Positions 1 to 10,349 of a stretch of DNA of 64,000 nucleotides are shown here, one piece after another. Made by a program: the position numbers and the translations under genes. Origin of the DNA: Gemmatimonadota bacterium (GTDB lineage Bacteria > Gemmatimonadota > Gemmatimonadetes > Palauibacterales > KS3-K002); NCBI GenBank assembly GCA_020344015.1, contig CP070812.1:2385002-2449001 (forward strand), written 5' to 3'. Below the pieces are notes generated by a model. That model was given only the letters and a program-made list of their open reading frames with translations. It did no database searches and was not told where the DNA came from. Position 1 is the first letter of the stretch; every line of letters begins with the position of its first letter.

Positions 1-716
1 CCTGTGCCCGGCGGCATGTCGACTATCAGGTAGTCGAGCTCACCCCACTCTACCTGCTGCAGAAACTGTCGGATGATCCCCATCACGATCGGGCCACGCC
101 AGATGGCCGGCGTGTCTTCATCCAGCAGGAAGCCGATGCTCATCAACTTGACGCCGTGCGACTCGATCGGGACCACCTTCTCATCAGCGGTTATACCGGG
201 ACGGCTGTAGACACCGAACATGATCGGAATGTTCGGGCCGTAGACATCGGCGTCCATGAGGCCGACCCGCGCGCCTCGCTTGGCGAGCGCTACCGCCAGA
301 TTCGCCGCAACGGTCGACTTGCCCACACCACCCGTCCCCGAGCTCACCGCTATCACACGCTCCACGCCGGGTACCGTATCGGGCGTCGGCGACGCCGGCG
401 TCGCTGCCGGCTCCCTTCCGCCTCCTCCGGCCTGGCCCATCACGGGGAGTTTGCGTCCGCCCCGCGAGCCGCCGGCGCGCACCTCCATCCTCACGATCTC
501 GACACCGTCGACCGACTCGGCCACCGCTCGAGCCTGCTCGGCCAGCCCGGCAGGATCATCGGGCCCTGTGAGGAGTACGAAATCGACCTCTCCAGGACCG
601 CCCGCCTTCAGCTCCTCGACCGAGCCCGACGCCACGATGTCTCTGCCGGTCGCAGGGTCGACGATCGACCTGAGCGCCATCGCCACCTGTTTCACCAGTT
701 CTCGTTCGTCCGCCAT
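1..716 (-). CDS. mrp: Mrp/ApbC family Fe-S cluster carrier ATPase (partial; C-terminus lies beyond window start)
   Basis: Reverse-strand translation gives [28 protein letters not shown]...[42 protein letters not shown]...[12 protein letters not shown], the N-terminal MIP18-like domain plus deviant Walker A of Mrp/ApbC. ATG at 716..714. Not in the ORF track because it runs off the window. Confidence 0.85.
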   Translation of the reverse strand, partial: [238 protein letters not shown]

Positions 717-759
717 GTCTTCCAGGTTGGTAAGAGTTCTCTCCGCCAAGGGATCGCTA

Positions 760-792
760 ACAAAAAGCCGGCAGGGACGTACCCATGCCGGC
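760..792 (-). terminator. Putative intrinsic terminator between nifU-like gene and mrp
   Basis: Minus-strand hairpin gccggca-N12-tgccggc (767..792) followed by TTTTT (plus-strand aaaaa 762..766), about 25 nt downstream of the nifU-like stop. Confidence 0.4.
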
Positions 793-815
793 ACGTTTCC
801 AGACTACCCGCATGC

Positions 816-1049
816 TCAGACGGCGACGACCGTCTTGACCTCCGGCAGCACGCTCCGCAGCCGGTGCTCGATGCCACCCTTCAGCGTCAGCAGCGAGTAG
901 GGGCAGCTGTGACAGGCGCCGACGAGACGTAGCTCGACCAGCCCTTCCTCGGGATCGTAGCTGACCAGCTCGACGTCCCCACCATCAGCCCGGACCGCCG
1001 GCCGGATCTCGTCTATGACCGCCTCGATCTTCTCCATCGTCGTCGTCAC
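816..1049 (-). CDS. NifU-like (Nfu-type) Fe-S cluster assembly domain protein
   Basis: 77 aa, LVGACHSCPYSLLTLKGGIE matches the NifU C-terminal CxxC domain. It sits directly upstream of mrp. Confidence 0.8.
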   Translation of the reverse strand: MTTTMEKIEAVIDEIRPAVRADGGDVELVSYDPEEGLVELRLVGACHSCPYSLLTLKGGIEHRLRSVLPEVKTVVAV

Positions 1050-1282
1050 AACCGTATTCCTCCTCGCGCGAATCGCGGCACCGTAGTTGAGTATGGTTCT
1101 CAGAATCTACTTGAGAGCCCCAACTCGGTCAACTTGAAACACCGCCAAGATGGCAGGCCGCAAAGTGTTGCGTCCTAATGACAAGCGCGTTATCCTGACT
1201 CCGGTGAGAGATCCTTGCCGCCAGTGGCTGGACGGAACCATACTTCACGTTGGGGTGCGGGGGAGGCGTTGAGGATCATCCG

Positions 1283-3574
1283 GTGAATTCTTCCGTTACA
1301 AGTGACGACCCGAAGGTTGGGCCCGCTTATGAGCGCGCCCACTTGGAGGACTACTGGCGCGTTATCCGCCGACGCGCCTGGCTCATCCTACTCACCACCG
1401 TAGTCGCGCTCGCAGCCGCCCTGTGGGTGGCCTCGCGGCAAACCCAGTACTACAGGAGCTCGCTAACGCTCCAGGTCGGCGATCCGCGCGGTCGCACAGG
1501 CCAGCTGGGCGATATCGACGTCACACCACAGATGATCTGGACCGATCCCATCGAGTCGGAGGTCCAGCAGCTGACCACGCAGGCCGTGGCAAGATTCGTG
1601 GTCGACTCGCTGCAGCTGCGGGCTCAATCGCCCGACCTTTCCAGGCAGTTACTCCTCGAAGAAGTATCGATCGACTCCACCGCTTCTCGGCGAGACTACC
1701 GCATCCGCATCGGCGACGCCGGGTCGCTGAGCATCGAGGGCGGCGGAGGGATCGCTGCGGTCCAGGGCAGGGTCGGCCAGCCGGTCCGCTTCGCCGCAGG
1801 GTACCTCGTGGTGAGCCCGCGGGCTCAGGCCGGTGAATACACGCTCCGGGTCATGACCCAGGCTGAGGCCGAGGGGACCGTCACCGGCGGCCTGGCGTCG
1901 AGCACGCGGCCGGAAACCAACCTGATAGACGTGACCTACACCGGTCGCGATCAATACCTGGTCCCGCAAATCCTCAACCAGGTGGCCGCGGCGTTACGCC
2001 ACATCGGAGTCCGCCGCGCCAGCGAGTGGGCCCGGTCCCGAACCGAGTTCATCCGTGAGCGTCTGACCGAATCCGGGCTCTCGCTCAGACAGTCCCTGGA
2101 GGCCGTTGAGAGCTACAAGGAGCGTCGGGGGCTCACCAGCCTCAAGAGCGAGGAGGACCGCGTCCTGGCCCGGATGGCGGCCCTGCAGACCGATCTGGAA
2201 GGTCTGGTTATCGAGAAGAGCATCTACACCGCCGTCCTCGACCAAGTCGGCGCCGAGGGCGTGCGGCGGGCGAGTATCCGGCATTTCGCGGTGTTATCCG
2301 GTGAAGGTGTGAACCGAACCGTGCTCTACTACTACGACGAGCTTCTGCGACTGCTCGACGAGCGTGCCGGCCAGCTCGGCCCGCTGGGCAAGGACCCCTC
2401 GCACCCGGCGATCGTCGCCATCGACCGGCGGATTGCGGAGACCCAGCAGCACCTGCTCGACGCCGCGGAGAACGCGATAGCGGCCGCCGATATCCGCATC
2501 GCGACGCTCACACGCTCGTTGGGCGAGCTGCAGGCCGAACTGCGCGCGCTGCCGGCGGTGGAGACCGAGTTGGCCCAGTTGCAGAACGAGGTGGAGATCC
2601 ACTCGGACATGTACAAGTATCTGCTGTCGCGCTACCAAGAGTCGCAGATCGCCGAGGCGGAGATCTCCCCCTATGTCGATGTGCTGGACCCGGCGCTTAG
2701 TGTGTGGCCGGTTCGCGGGGGGCAACGGGTCAACATTATCTTTGGTGGCCTTCTGGGACTGCTGCTCGGGCTGGCAGCTGCTTTCTTCTTGGAGTATCTG
2801 GATCGCTCGGTGCAGTCGACCTCCGACGTCGAGACGAAGCTGGGCCTCGCGGTGCTCGGTTGGATCCCCAAGGTAGAGACTGACGGCGAGGGGCGTCCGA
2901 TCCCGCTGCTCGCGGATATCGATGCCGAAGGCGCCGCAGCCGAGGCATATCGGGTACTTCGCACGAACCTCGCCTTCTCGACCGCACGCGAGCACCCGCT
3001 TCATAGCCTCGTCTTTACTAGCCCCGGCCCCGGCGAAGGCAAGTCGACGACGGTGGCCAACCTCGCCGCGGTGCTTGCTGCACGCGGCGACCGGGCGCTG
3101 CTCGTCGACGCCGACCTGCGCCGCGGCGAGCTGCACGACGCCTTCGACCTGCTCCGCTCACCAGGGCTCAGCGACCTGCTGGCCGGCGAACTCGACCCGC
3201 GGGAGGCGATCCGGCCCGCCGTACGACCCGGTCTCGACCTGCTTCCGGCGGGCAAGCGACCACCCAATCCGTCCGAGCTGTTGGGCTCGCAAGCGATGGC
3301 GGGCCTACTGGCGGGTTGGCGCGACGTCTACCGCTGGGTGCTACTCGACGCGCCTCCCGTGCTCGCCGTGACCGATTCCGTGGTCCTGGGGGCGCTGACC
3401 GACGGAGTGGTGCTCGTGTTGCGGGCGGGAGAGACGGATCGGCGGGCGGGTTGGCAGGCGATCCAGCAGTTGCGGCGGGTCGACGCACGTATCGTCGGCG
3501 CCGTGTTGAACGAGGTTGACCCGCAGCTCACCTCCGACCGCTACTACCTCGACTACTACTACGCCAAGTCATAG
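1283..3574 (+). CDS. Polysaccharide biosynthesis tyrosine autokinase / chain-length determinant (Wzc/GumC-type exopolysaccharide transport protein)
   Basis: N-terminal Wzz-like region (EDYWRVIRRRAWLILLTTVVALAAAL), long coiled coil, second TM, C-terminal CpsD/CapB P-loop (SPGPGEGKSTTVANLAAVLAARGDRALLVDADLRRGELH). The ORF opens at 1250. GTG 1283 preceded by gaggat SD is the favoured start; TTG at MEDYW is also possible. Confidence 0.8.
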   Translation: MNSSVTSDDPKVGPAYERAHLEDYWRVIRRRAWLILLTTVVALAAALWVASRQTQYYRSSLTLQVGDPRGRTGQLGDIDVTPQMIWTDPIESEVQQLTTQAVARFVVDSLQLRAQSPDLSRQLLLEEVSIDSTASRRDYRIRIGDAGSLSIEGGGGIAAVQGRVGQPVRFAAGYLVVSPRAQAGEYTLRVMTQAEAEGTVTGGLASSTRPETNLIDVTYTGRDQYLVPQILNQVAAALRHIGVRRASEWARSRTEFIRERLTESGLSLRQSLEAVESYKERRGLTSLKSEEDRVLARMAALQTDLEGLVIEKSIYTAVLDQVGAEGVRRASIRHFAVLSGEGVNRTVLYYYDELLRLLDERAGQLGPLGKDPSHPAIVAIDRRIAETQQHLLDAAENAIAAADIRIATLTRSLGELQAELRALPAVETELAQLQNEVEIHSDMYKYLLSRYQESQIAEAEISPYVDVLDPALSVWPVRGGQRVNIIFGGLLGLLLGLAAAFFLEYLDRSVQSTSDVETKLGLAVLGWIPKVETDGEGRPIPLLADIDAEGAAAEAYRVLRTNLAFSTAREHPLHSLVFTSPGPGEGKSTTVANLAAVLAARGDRALLVDADLRRGELHDAFDLLRSPGLSDLLAGELDPREAIRPAVRPGLDLLPAGKRPPNPSELLGSQAMAGLLAGWRDVYRWVLLDAPPVLAVTDSVVLGALTDGVVLVLRAGETDRRAGWQAIQQLRRVDARIVGAVLNEVDPQLTSDRYYLDYYYAKS

Positions 3575-4175
3575 CTCCGGTCGAACGTGCAGCGGCGCGG
3601 TCGCCGAGCGCCGCGGGCAAGCTCGAAAAGCTGCCATGGCCATCGGGCACGGCGACGCGCAGGTTCACCAACCGGCGCAGCCAAGAGCCGGCGGTGGCTT
3701 CGTTCACGCCGTGAGCGGAAGCGAACTTAGAAGTATCGACGCGTCCCATCCGATCGAGGCGGTTCCAGGCGGCACGCAACCGAACAGGCGCCGGCCCCCA
3801 CAGCGCGGGGCGACCAGAGTCGACCGCCACCAGCAGCAGCTTGTGCCTCCGCAAAACGGTGTCTATGGAGTCCCTATGATGTTCCGAGGCGTCCTGCACG
3901 ACGAAGAAAGCCTCGGACGGACGATCCGCACGCAGGTACTTCATCAGGAGCTTCGCGATTACCTCATCGGCGCAACTGAAATCGAGAACCCCGACCTGTG
4001 AGAAGTCGAGCACCGACACGCAGCAGCCGCGACCGCCCTGCAGTTGCGCCTCGATCGCCGAGCGCACCGCCTGACCGGTGGGTCTCGTCACCAGGTTGTT
4101 GTATAAGGTCGCCACCGAAGTGTGGACCACGGTCTTCACCAGTTCGCCCGTCATGCCCATCGCCGGATCACCCAT
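3528..4175 (-). CDS. STAS-like (DUF4325-type) domain protein with C-terminal extension, partner of upstream GHKL ATPase
   Basis: Core CCVSVLDFSQVGVLDFSCADEVIAKLLMKY...FFVVQDASEHHRDSIDTVLRR resembles STAS/DUF4325 anti-sigma-antagonist-like domains, plus about 90 aa C-terminal tail. AGGAGG SD 6 nt before ATG 4175, immediately after the TGA of the upstream gene. 3' end overlaps the wzc 3' end convergently by 47 nt. Confidence 0.45.
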   Translation of the reverse strand: MGDPAMGMTGELVKTVVHTSVATLYNNLVTRPTGQAVRSAIEAQLQGGRGCCVSVLDFSQVGVLDFSCADEVIAKLLMKYLRADRPSEAFFVVQDASEHHRDSIDTVLRRHKLLLVAVDSGRPALWGPAPVRLRAAWNRLDRMGRVDTSKFASAHGVNEATAGSWLRRLVNLRVAVPDGHGSFSSLPAALGDRAAARSTGAMTWRSSSRGSSGRR

Positions 4176-4186
4176 TCCCATCCTCC

Positions 4187-5089
4187 TCAGCCACCGCCGC
4201 CCGGCGCGACGACCTGCGGGAGCACGACCTGTATCTGCGCCCCCGGAAAGTCCGGTAGTCCGCTACTAATGGGCTCTCGCTCGATCCAATCCGGGACTTC
4301 GGCGATCCGCGCCGTCCCGCTCCGAATCGTGAACAGCCCGTTCCAACGCGTCACCTGCTTGCGAATCCCCTGCAACCCCGGGCCGCGACCCGGGTCGCGG
4401 TAGCGGGAGACGCCGTGTAGGAAAGCCGCCTCGAGCGCGGTCTCATCCGACCACCGGTCACCGTAGCGCTGGGCATGCTCCCGGGCCAACGAGCCCCGGA
4501 AGCCCATGCCCACGTCCATCACGGCGATGACCACTACCTGGCGGCCCAGTCTCTGTTTCCAGTTGTAGGTCTGAGCCGAGACCCAACCATCGGTCCCAGC
4601 GTGCTCCACTATGTTCTGGCAAACCTCCGAGAGGATGACGCTGAAATGAAGCACGGCCGGTGGCGGGTAGCCCAGCCGCCGGCCTAGAATCGCGGCGGCG
4701 CGCTCACGCACGCGATCCACGACATCGTGCACATCCTGGTGCGAGCGGATCGGCGTGATCTCGAGCAGGGCGTCGGACTCGGTGGCCGACCGCCGCCTGA
4801 CATGACCCTCGAACTCGAAGATCTCGTGCGCGTTCTCGAAGAAGTGGATACGGCTCAGGTAGCTGGCCACCTCCTTGCTCTCCGGCGGTTGCAGCAGTGG
4901 CCGCTCGCCAAATCGCTCCTGCCACGCTGCACCGGCGGCCAGCAACCCCACGATCCCGTAGGGGCTCACCCAGCGGACATGCCGGGAGTCAAACAAGGCG
5001 CGGCCCCCCTCTGCAGCCGCCCAGCCGGCCACCAGCCCTTCGAAGCCTCGACTATCGAGCGTCTCGGGCACCGGGATGACGACCGTCAC
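4187..5089 (-). CDS. GHKL/HATPase_c-type ATP-binding protein (serine-kinase/anti-sigma-like) with N-terminal STAS-like region
   Basis: C-terminal half HFSVILSEVCQNIVEHAG...VIAVMDVGMGF...GPGLQGI has the N-, G1- and G2-box pattern of a Bergerat ATPase. N-terminal region (FDSRHVRWVSPYGIVGLLAAG) looks STAS-like. GTG start at 5089 with aggtga SD. Confidence 0.55.
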   Translation of the reverse strand: MTVVIPVPETLDSRGFEGLVAGWAAAEGGRALFDSRHVRWVSPYGIVGLLAAGAAWQERFGERPLLQPPESKEVASYLSRIHFFENAHEIFEFEGHVRRRSATESDALLEITPIRSHQDVHDVVDRVRERAAAILGRRLGYPPPAVLHFSVILSEVCQNIVEHAGTDGWVSAQTYNWKQRLGRQVVVIAVMDVGMGFRGSLAREHAQRYGDRWSDETALEAAFLHGVSRYRDPGRGPGLQGIRKQVTRWNGLFTIRSGTARIAEVPDWIEREPISSGLPDFPGAQIQVVLPQVVAPGGGG

Positions 5090-5116
5090 CGGACCTTCAC
5101 CTCGCGCCGCACACGC

Positions 5117-6082
5117 CTAGCCACAGTCGATCTCCCCCCTCAAGAAACGGTTCAGTCCCGACGCGCCTCGGTGAGCGGCGCTGCGGCTGGCCGCCGCATT
5201 GGCTCGCCCCATCGCCTCCTCCAACTCGATGCCGTCGAGCAGAGACCGGTAAACCGTCATCCCCCAGACATCACCGCAGCCCGTTGGATCGCCACCTTCT
5301 ACCGGCTCCGCCGCCACCCGACCCGTCCGAACCGCCGCCAGCTTCTCCAGTCGCCCTCGCTTCGCTCGCTCCAGGGGCAGAGCTTCAGGAACCATCACGT
5401 AGGCCGCGCCTTCGGCTCCCAGCGTCACGAACAGCAGTCGGGTCTCCCGGCCGACGACGTCCGCGGCGAAAGCCCAGGGATCCCCCCGGTAGGCGGCGAG
5501 GGCCGCAAGCTCGTCCTGGTTGACCTGCACGACGTCGAAGCACGACAGCCATTCCGACCAGCGGTCGAGCGAGCACCGTAGCCGCTCGCCACGCGGGCCC
5601 GTGGTTAGCGTCAGCGAGTGGATATCGACGTATATCGGTCCGTCGAATCCGTGCCGGACCTGCCGGGCGACCTCCAGGCCAAACTCGCAACCGGTGATGA
5701 AGTTCACGTACAGCGCATCGCAGCCAGCGACTCTCGGCTCCAGCTCCTCCCAGGTCCACTCCGGCACACCGCCCGTCAGTCGCTCCGTACGTCGCTCCGG
5801 ACCCGTATAGTGCAGCTCCACCCGCGGATTGGGCGAATCGATGACCACGATCGACTCGTCCGTCTCGAGGACGGACAGCTCTCTGAGGAACCGAAACCCC
5901 CGCTCCGCCAGGTCATTGCCCAACTTGACGAGCGGCCGGATTCTGGTCTTCCCCGGGCTGAGTGCGTCGGCCGCAGCGAGCGCGTAGCTTATCCCTCCCC
6001 ACTCCTCCACCGGCGATCCGACGTCCGAACCGCGCCAGATCGTGTCCCATACCATCGTGCCAAGCACGCCGACGATTCTCAT
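5117..6082 (-). CDS. PfkB family carbohydrate/sugar kinase (ribokinase-like)
   Basis: 321 aa, C-terminal signature DPTGCGDVWG (PfkB motif 2). Confidence 0.75.
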   Translation of the reverse strand: MRIVGVLGTMVWDTIWRGSDVGSPVEEWGGISYALAAADALSPGKTRIRPLVKLGNDLAERGFRFLRELSVLETDESIVVIDSPNPRVELHYTGPERRTERLTGGVPEWTWEELEPRVAGCDALYVNFITGCEFGLEVARQVRHGFDGPIYVDIHSLTLTTGPRGERLRCSLDRWSEWLSCFDVVQVNQDELAALAAYRGDPWAFAADVVGRETRLLFVTLGAEGAAYVMVPEALPLERAKRGRLEKLAAVRTGRVAAEPVEGGDPTGCGDVWGMTVYRSLLDGIELEEAMGRANAAASRSAAHRGASGLNRFLRGEIDCG

Positions 6083-6256
6083 GCCGTGCGGCAGTCCGAT
6101 TCTGGGGTCACATCGGTTTTCGTTAAGCCGGTACTCCCGTCGTAGCGCCCGTCGGCCCGGCTGCGCGGCAGTCTGCGCGCAACGAGCGGATCGTGGAGGG
6201 TACTGTCGCCCAAGCTAATCAGTTCCTCACGCCGGCGCGAGTCCTTGCCTCGGCTC

Positions 6257-7255
6257 TTAGACCCTACCGCACTGCTCGCGCTTGAAACAGGCGACGGCGC
6301 CGATGATCCCCGCCATCCCCTTGAGATCCGAGGGAACGATGCGGCACGCCTGCTCGGCAACCTGGAAGGCACGGCGCCTGATTTCGGCACGCAGCGGCAC
6401 GAACAGATGATCACCGGCCCGGGTCACGCCGCCGGAGATCACCAGCACCTCCGGGTTGAGGATGTTGATGACGTTGGCCAGGCCGACACCCAGGAATTTC
6501 GCCGTGTCGTGCATGACTTCGGTCGCGTACGGGTCGCCCTGGACGACCGCCTCGAACACGGTCTCGGCGGTGATGTTCTGGACGTCACCGGCCAGCTCGG
6601 GGAGGATCGAGCCGACACCGGAATCGAGATCCTCAATAGCGCGCGCCGCGATGGCCTGACCCGACGCGTAGGCTTCCAGGCAGCCGTAGTTGCCACAGTT
6701 GCACTTTCGCCCGGTCGAGTCGATGGTCATATGGCCGATCTCGGCGGCGACATCGTTGGCACCGTGGTAAAGCTCGCCGTTGAGTACGATCCCGCCACCG
6801 ATCCCGGTGCCTAGCGTAACACCGACCAGCGTGTCGACGCCGCGTCCGGCGCCCATCCACCACTCGCCGTAGGTGGCGGCGTTCGCATCGTTGTCGAGTG
6901 TTGCGGGCAGGCCGATGGCGTTCTGGACCAAGTCGCGCAGCGGGAAATTGCGCCAGCCGAGGTTGGGTGTGTTGATCACCGTGCCGGTCTTTCGGTCCAG
7001 CGGACCCGGTGAACCGATGCCGACTCCGGCGAAAGCCTCTCGACCGACGCCGTTCTCGTCCATCACCTCGCGCATCGAGTCCTTGATCATCCTGATAACT
7101 CGATCGACGATGAACTTCGCGCCGCGTATGACCTCGGTTCGCTCGCGGCGCACCGCGAGTGGCAGCCCACCCTCGAACGACACGACACCCACGTTCAGGT
7201 TGGTGCCCCCGATGTCCACTCCAACGATCCAGTCACCTTCCGGCACTTTAGACAT
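6257..7255 (-). CDS. glk: ROK family glucokinase
   Basis: N-terminal VGVDIGGTNLNVGVV ATP-binding motif and ROK zinc motif CNCGNYGCLEAYASG. Confidence 0.8.
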   Translation of the reverse strand: MSKVPEGDWIVGVDIGGTNLNVGVVSFEGGLPLAVRRERTEVIRGAKFIVDRVIRMIKDSMREVMDENGVGREAFAGVGIGSPGPLDRKTGTVINTPNLGWRNFPLRDLVQNAIGLPATLDNDANAATYGEWWMGAGRGVDTLVGVTLGTGIGGGIVLNGELYHGANDVAAEIGHMTIDSTGRKCNCGNYGCLEAYASGQAIAARAIEDLDSGVGSILPELAGDVQNITAETVFEAVVQGDPYATEVMHDTAKFLGVGLANVINILNPEVLVISGGVTRAGDHLFVPLRAEIRRRAFQVAEQACRIVPSDLKGMAGIIGAVACFKREQCGRV

Positions 7256-8300
7256 CGCTTGACGCCCCCGTTCCTTTCAGCTGCTGGCGGGCCGCCTCGA
7301 CGACGGCCTCGACAGGAATGAGCTCCAGACACTCTCCGTGCGCCTCCGGCAGCAAGGTGCCCCGGCCCCGACGCGGGCAGCGGCTTCTGCCGCAAGGGGA
7401 GCACGGCAAACCAGACTGCCGGATCACCCGCGCCCGCGGGTTCAGCGGGCCCGTGCGCACCGGGTCGCCCGCGCCGAAGATCGCAATGATAGATGCGCCC
7501 ACCGCCGCCGCCAGATGCATGGGACCACCGTCGTTAGTGATCACGAGGTCGCACTCGCTGAATCCGGCGGCGAGCACCCCGAGATTGGTCCGACCGCCAA
7601 GGTCGATCCCCCGCGCCTTCGCCCCGGCCGCTACCCGGGCTGCCAGCACCTCTTGCTTCGGGCCGCCGAACACCACCACGGTCCCCACCTCCTGCCCCAG
7701 GATGCCGGCCAGCGCCGTGAACTTGCCCTCGGGCCAGCGACTCGCCGGCGCGTTCGCGCCCGGAAAGATCCCCACGGCCGGGCGCTCGAAGCGGCCCGCC
7801 ACGAGTTGGCGGAACTGCTCGAGCGCTCGCTCGCGTATCGGCAGGCGCGGCGGCGGCGGTGACCCGCCCTTCCAACCCGGATCGACGAGCCGCATATACG
7901 AGCTCACCCGGTGCTCGCCGGGAACCTCCGGGCGCACGGAGCGATCGTTCAGCAGCAGGCCTCGGATGCCGCTCGGCGTCCCCCTCCGCATCGGTATGCC
8001 CGCCAGGCAGGCGACGGCTGCCGTGGAGAACGACGGCGTGAATAGATACGATGCCTCATAGCCCACGTCGCGGATCCGCGCCGCCTCCTTCCAGACCGCG
8101 GCGCTCCGCCGGAAGGCCATCACATCCACCGGAAGCGCGGCGGTCTCGAGGACCGGCGCCAAAGCCGAGAGACACCAGACGTCGACGCCACGCTCCGGGT
8201 AGCGCTCGGCCAAACGATGCAGTGCCGGTATGGCCATAACTAGGTCGCCCAGATGATCCGGGGCGCGGGCGTAGATCGGTCCGCCGCGCGAGACGCTCAC
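7248..8300 (-). CDS. Glycosyltransferase family 9 (ADP-heptose:LPS heptosyltransferase-like)
   Basis: [20 protein letters not shown]-terminus and [25 protein letters not shown]-terminal motif typical of GT9 (WaaC/WaaF/WaaQ). 8 nt overlap with glk, 4 nt overlap with lepA. Confidence 0.8.
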   Translation of the reverse strand: MSVSRGGPIYARAPDHLGDLVMAIPALHRLAERYPERGVDVWCLSALAPVLETAALPVDVMAFRRSAAVWKEAARIRDVGYEASYLFTPSFSTAAVACLAGIPMRRGTPSGIRGLLLNDRSVRPEVPGEHRVSSYMRLVDPGWKGGSPPPPRLPIRERALEQFRQLVAGRFERPAVGIFPGANAPASRWPEGKFTALAGILGQEVGTVVVFGGPKQEVLAARVAAGAKARGIDLGGRTNLGVLAAGFSECDLVITNDGGPMHLAAAVGASIIAIFGAGDPVRTGPLNPRARVIRQSGLPCSPCGRSRCPRRGRGTLLPEAHGECLELIPVEAVVEAARQQLKGTGASSDV

Positions 8301-10099
8301 CCCTCACCCACCTGCAGCAGGGCCAGGAAGGCCTCCCGCGGCACTTCAACCCGGCCAACCCGCTTCATCCGCTTCTTACCTTCCTTCTGCTTCTCCAGCA
8401 GCTTGCGCTTGCGGGTCACGTCACCGCCGTAGCACTTGGCCGTCACGTTCTTGCGCAATGGTCGCACGGTCTCACGCGCGATGACGCGGCTGCCAACAGC
8501 CGCCTGGATCGCCACTGCAAACAGCTGCCGCGGGATCAACTCCTTCAAACGTTGCACAAGCGCGCGCCCGTAGAAGTAGGCCTTGTCCTTGTGCACGATC
8601 ATGCTGATCGCATCGACCGGCTCGCCGTTCAGCATGACGTCGAGGCGCACCAGGTCGCTGCTCCGGTAACCGACGAGATCATAATCGAGGCCGCCGGTGC
8701 CGCGCGTCAGCGTCTTTAGTCTCTCATAGAAGTCGAGGACCATCTCGGCGAGCGGGAGGTCATAGCTCACCTCTACGCGCTGACCATCGATGTAGTGCAT
8801 ACGGCCAAACTCGCCGCGCCGCTCGTGACACAGCTTCTGCACGCTGCCGATATACTCGGCCGGGCACAGGATGCGCGCCCTCACATACGGTTCTTCGATT
8901 CGGTCGGTCGCCGCCGGCGACGGCATCTTCGCCGGGTTCTCCACCGCCAGCGTCGAACCGTCGCGCAGGCCTACCCTGTACTCGACATTAGGCACCGTGC
9001 TGACGAGATCGAGGTCGAACTCGCGCTCCAGCCGCTCCCGCACGATCTCCATATGGAGGAGGCCCAAAAAACCACATCGGAAGCCGAACCCCAGCGCCTC
9101 GCTCGTCTCGAACTCGTACTGGATCGCCGCGTCGTTCAGCCTCAGCTTCTCCAGTGCGCCCCGCACACGCTCGTACTGGTCCGAGTCCGCCGGATATAGG
9201 CCCGCGAAGACCATCGGCTTCACGTCGCGGTAACCGGGCAACAACTCGACGGCGCGCCGCTTCGCGTCCAGCACCGTATCGCCCACCTTCGTGTCGGCGA
9301 TCGATTTGATCCGCGCGGTGAGGTATCCGACTTCACCCGCCGACAGCTCGGACGTCGGGACGGCGCCCAGCTGCAGGTAGCCTACCTGGCCTACCTCGTA
9401 GGTCGCCCCGTTAGAGCCAAACGCGATGCTCATCCCGTTACGTACTCGACCGTCGACCACCCGCACCAGCGGAACAGCGCCCTGGTAATTGTCGTATTGG
9501 GAATCGAAGATCAGCGCCCGCAGCGGCGCCTCGACATCGCCACCCGGCCGCGGCACGCGCCGCACCACCGCCTCCAAGACCTCTACCACGCCTTCTCCCC
9601 GCTTGGCGCTGGCCAGCAAGACCTCCTCGAGCTCGCAGCCCAACAGCTCGGCCAACTCTTCGCGCCGACGCCCCGGCTCCGCCGCCGGCAGGTCGATCTT
9701 GTTGATCACCGGCACGATCGTCAGCCCCGCCTCCACGGCCAGAAACAGATTCGACAGCGTCTGCGCCTCGATTCCCTGGCTCGCATCCACGACCAGGATC
9801 GCGCCCTCGCACGCCGCCAGGCTGCGGCTCACCTCGTAGGTGAAATCCACATGCCCCGGCGTGTCTATCAGGTTTAGCTCGTAAACCTCACCGTCCGACG
9901 CCCGGTAGCTCAGCCGGATCGCGTGCGCCTTGATCGTGATCCCGCGCTCCCGCTCCAGGTCCATCGAGTCCAGGACCTGCTCCCGCATCCGCCGGGGATC
10001 GACGGCGCCGGTCAGCTCGAGGAACCGGTCGGCCAGCGTCGACTTCCCGTGATCTATGTGAGCGATGATACAGAAATTTCGGATCCGCGCCGTGTCCAC
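8297..10099 (-). CDS. lepA: Elongation factor 4 (LepA)
   Basis: [31 protein letters not shown] GTPase N-terminus, 600 aa, full LepA architecture. Confidence 0.95.
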   Translation of the reverse strand: MDTARIRNFCIIAHIDHGKSTLADRFLELTGAVDPRRMREQVLDSMDLERERGITIKAHAIRLSYRASDGEVYELNLIDTPGHVDFTYEVSRSLAACEGAILVVDASQGIEAQTLSNLFLAVEAGLTIVPVINKIDLPAAEPGRRREELAELLGCELEEVLLASAKRGEGVVEVLEAVVRRVPRPGGDVEAPLRALIFDSQYDNYQGAVPLVRVVDGRVRNGMSIAFGSNGATYEVGQVGYLQLGAVPTSELSAGEVGYLTARIKSIADTKVGDTVLDAKRRAVELLPGYRDVKPMVFAGLYPADSDQYERVRGALEKLRLNDAAIQYEFETSEALGFGFRCGFLGLLHMEIVRERLEREFDLDLVSTVPNVEYRVGLRDGSTLAVENPAKMPSPAATDRIEEPYVRARILCPAEYIGSVQKLCHERRGEFGRMHYIDGQRVEVSYDLPLAEMVLDFYERLKTLTRGTGGLDYDLVGYRSSDLVRLDVMLNGEPVDAISMIVHKDKAYFYGRALVQRLKELIPRQLFAVAIQAAVGSRVIARETVRPLRKNVTAKCYGGDVTRKRKLLEKQKEGKKRMKRVGRVEVPREAFLALLQVGEG

Positions 10100-10349
10100 C
10101 AGCTAAGCCTCTCCCTGTCCGCCTATGGGTTGCGAGGTCTCAATATAGACGGCCGGGCCCGCCCGTGGCAGTACGCTTCAGGCCCGAAACTTTGAGCTCG
10201 CCCGCGGTGTAGGCTATTGCGGCGGGATACGCATCTCCGCCACCGGGCTCCGGACCCCCCCGGAGCGCGCGCCTGAAGCCGCCGGGTCGCCGGCCGGCCA
10301 CCTGCCCGGGCGTTCGCCCTCTCCCCAAGCAATAAACGGAGGAAATCCG

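Noticed and set aside
156-932. 258 aa and 214 aa plus-strand ORFs at the window start
   Set aside because: They are antisense to the clearly recognisable Mrp/ApbC gene and have Arg/Pro/Ala-rich low-complexity translations typical of GC-rich antisense frames.
10230-10270. gctccgg-acccccc-cggagc hairpin upstream of lepA and the lipoprotein gene
   Set aside because: There is no T-run and it sits in a divergent promoter region. It is probably incidental GC-rich secondary structure.
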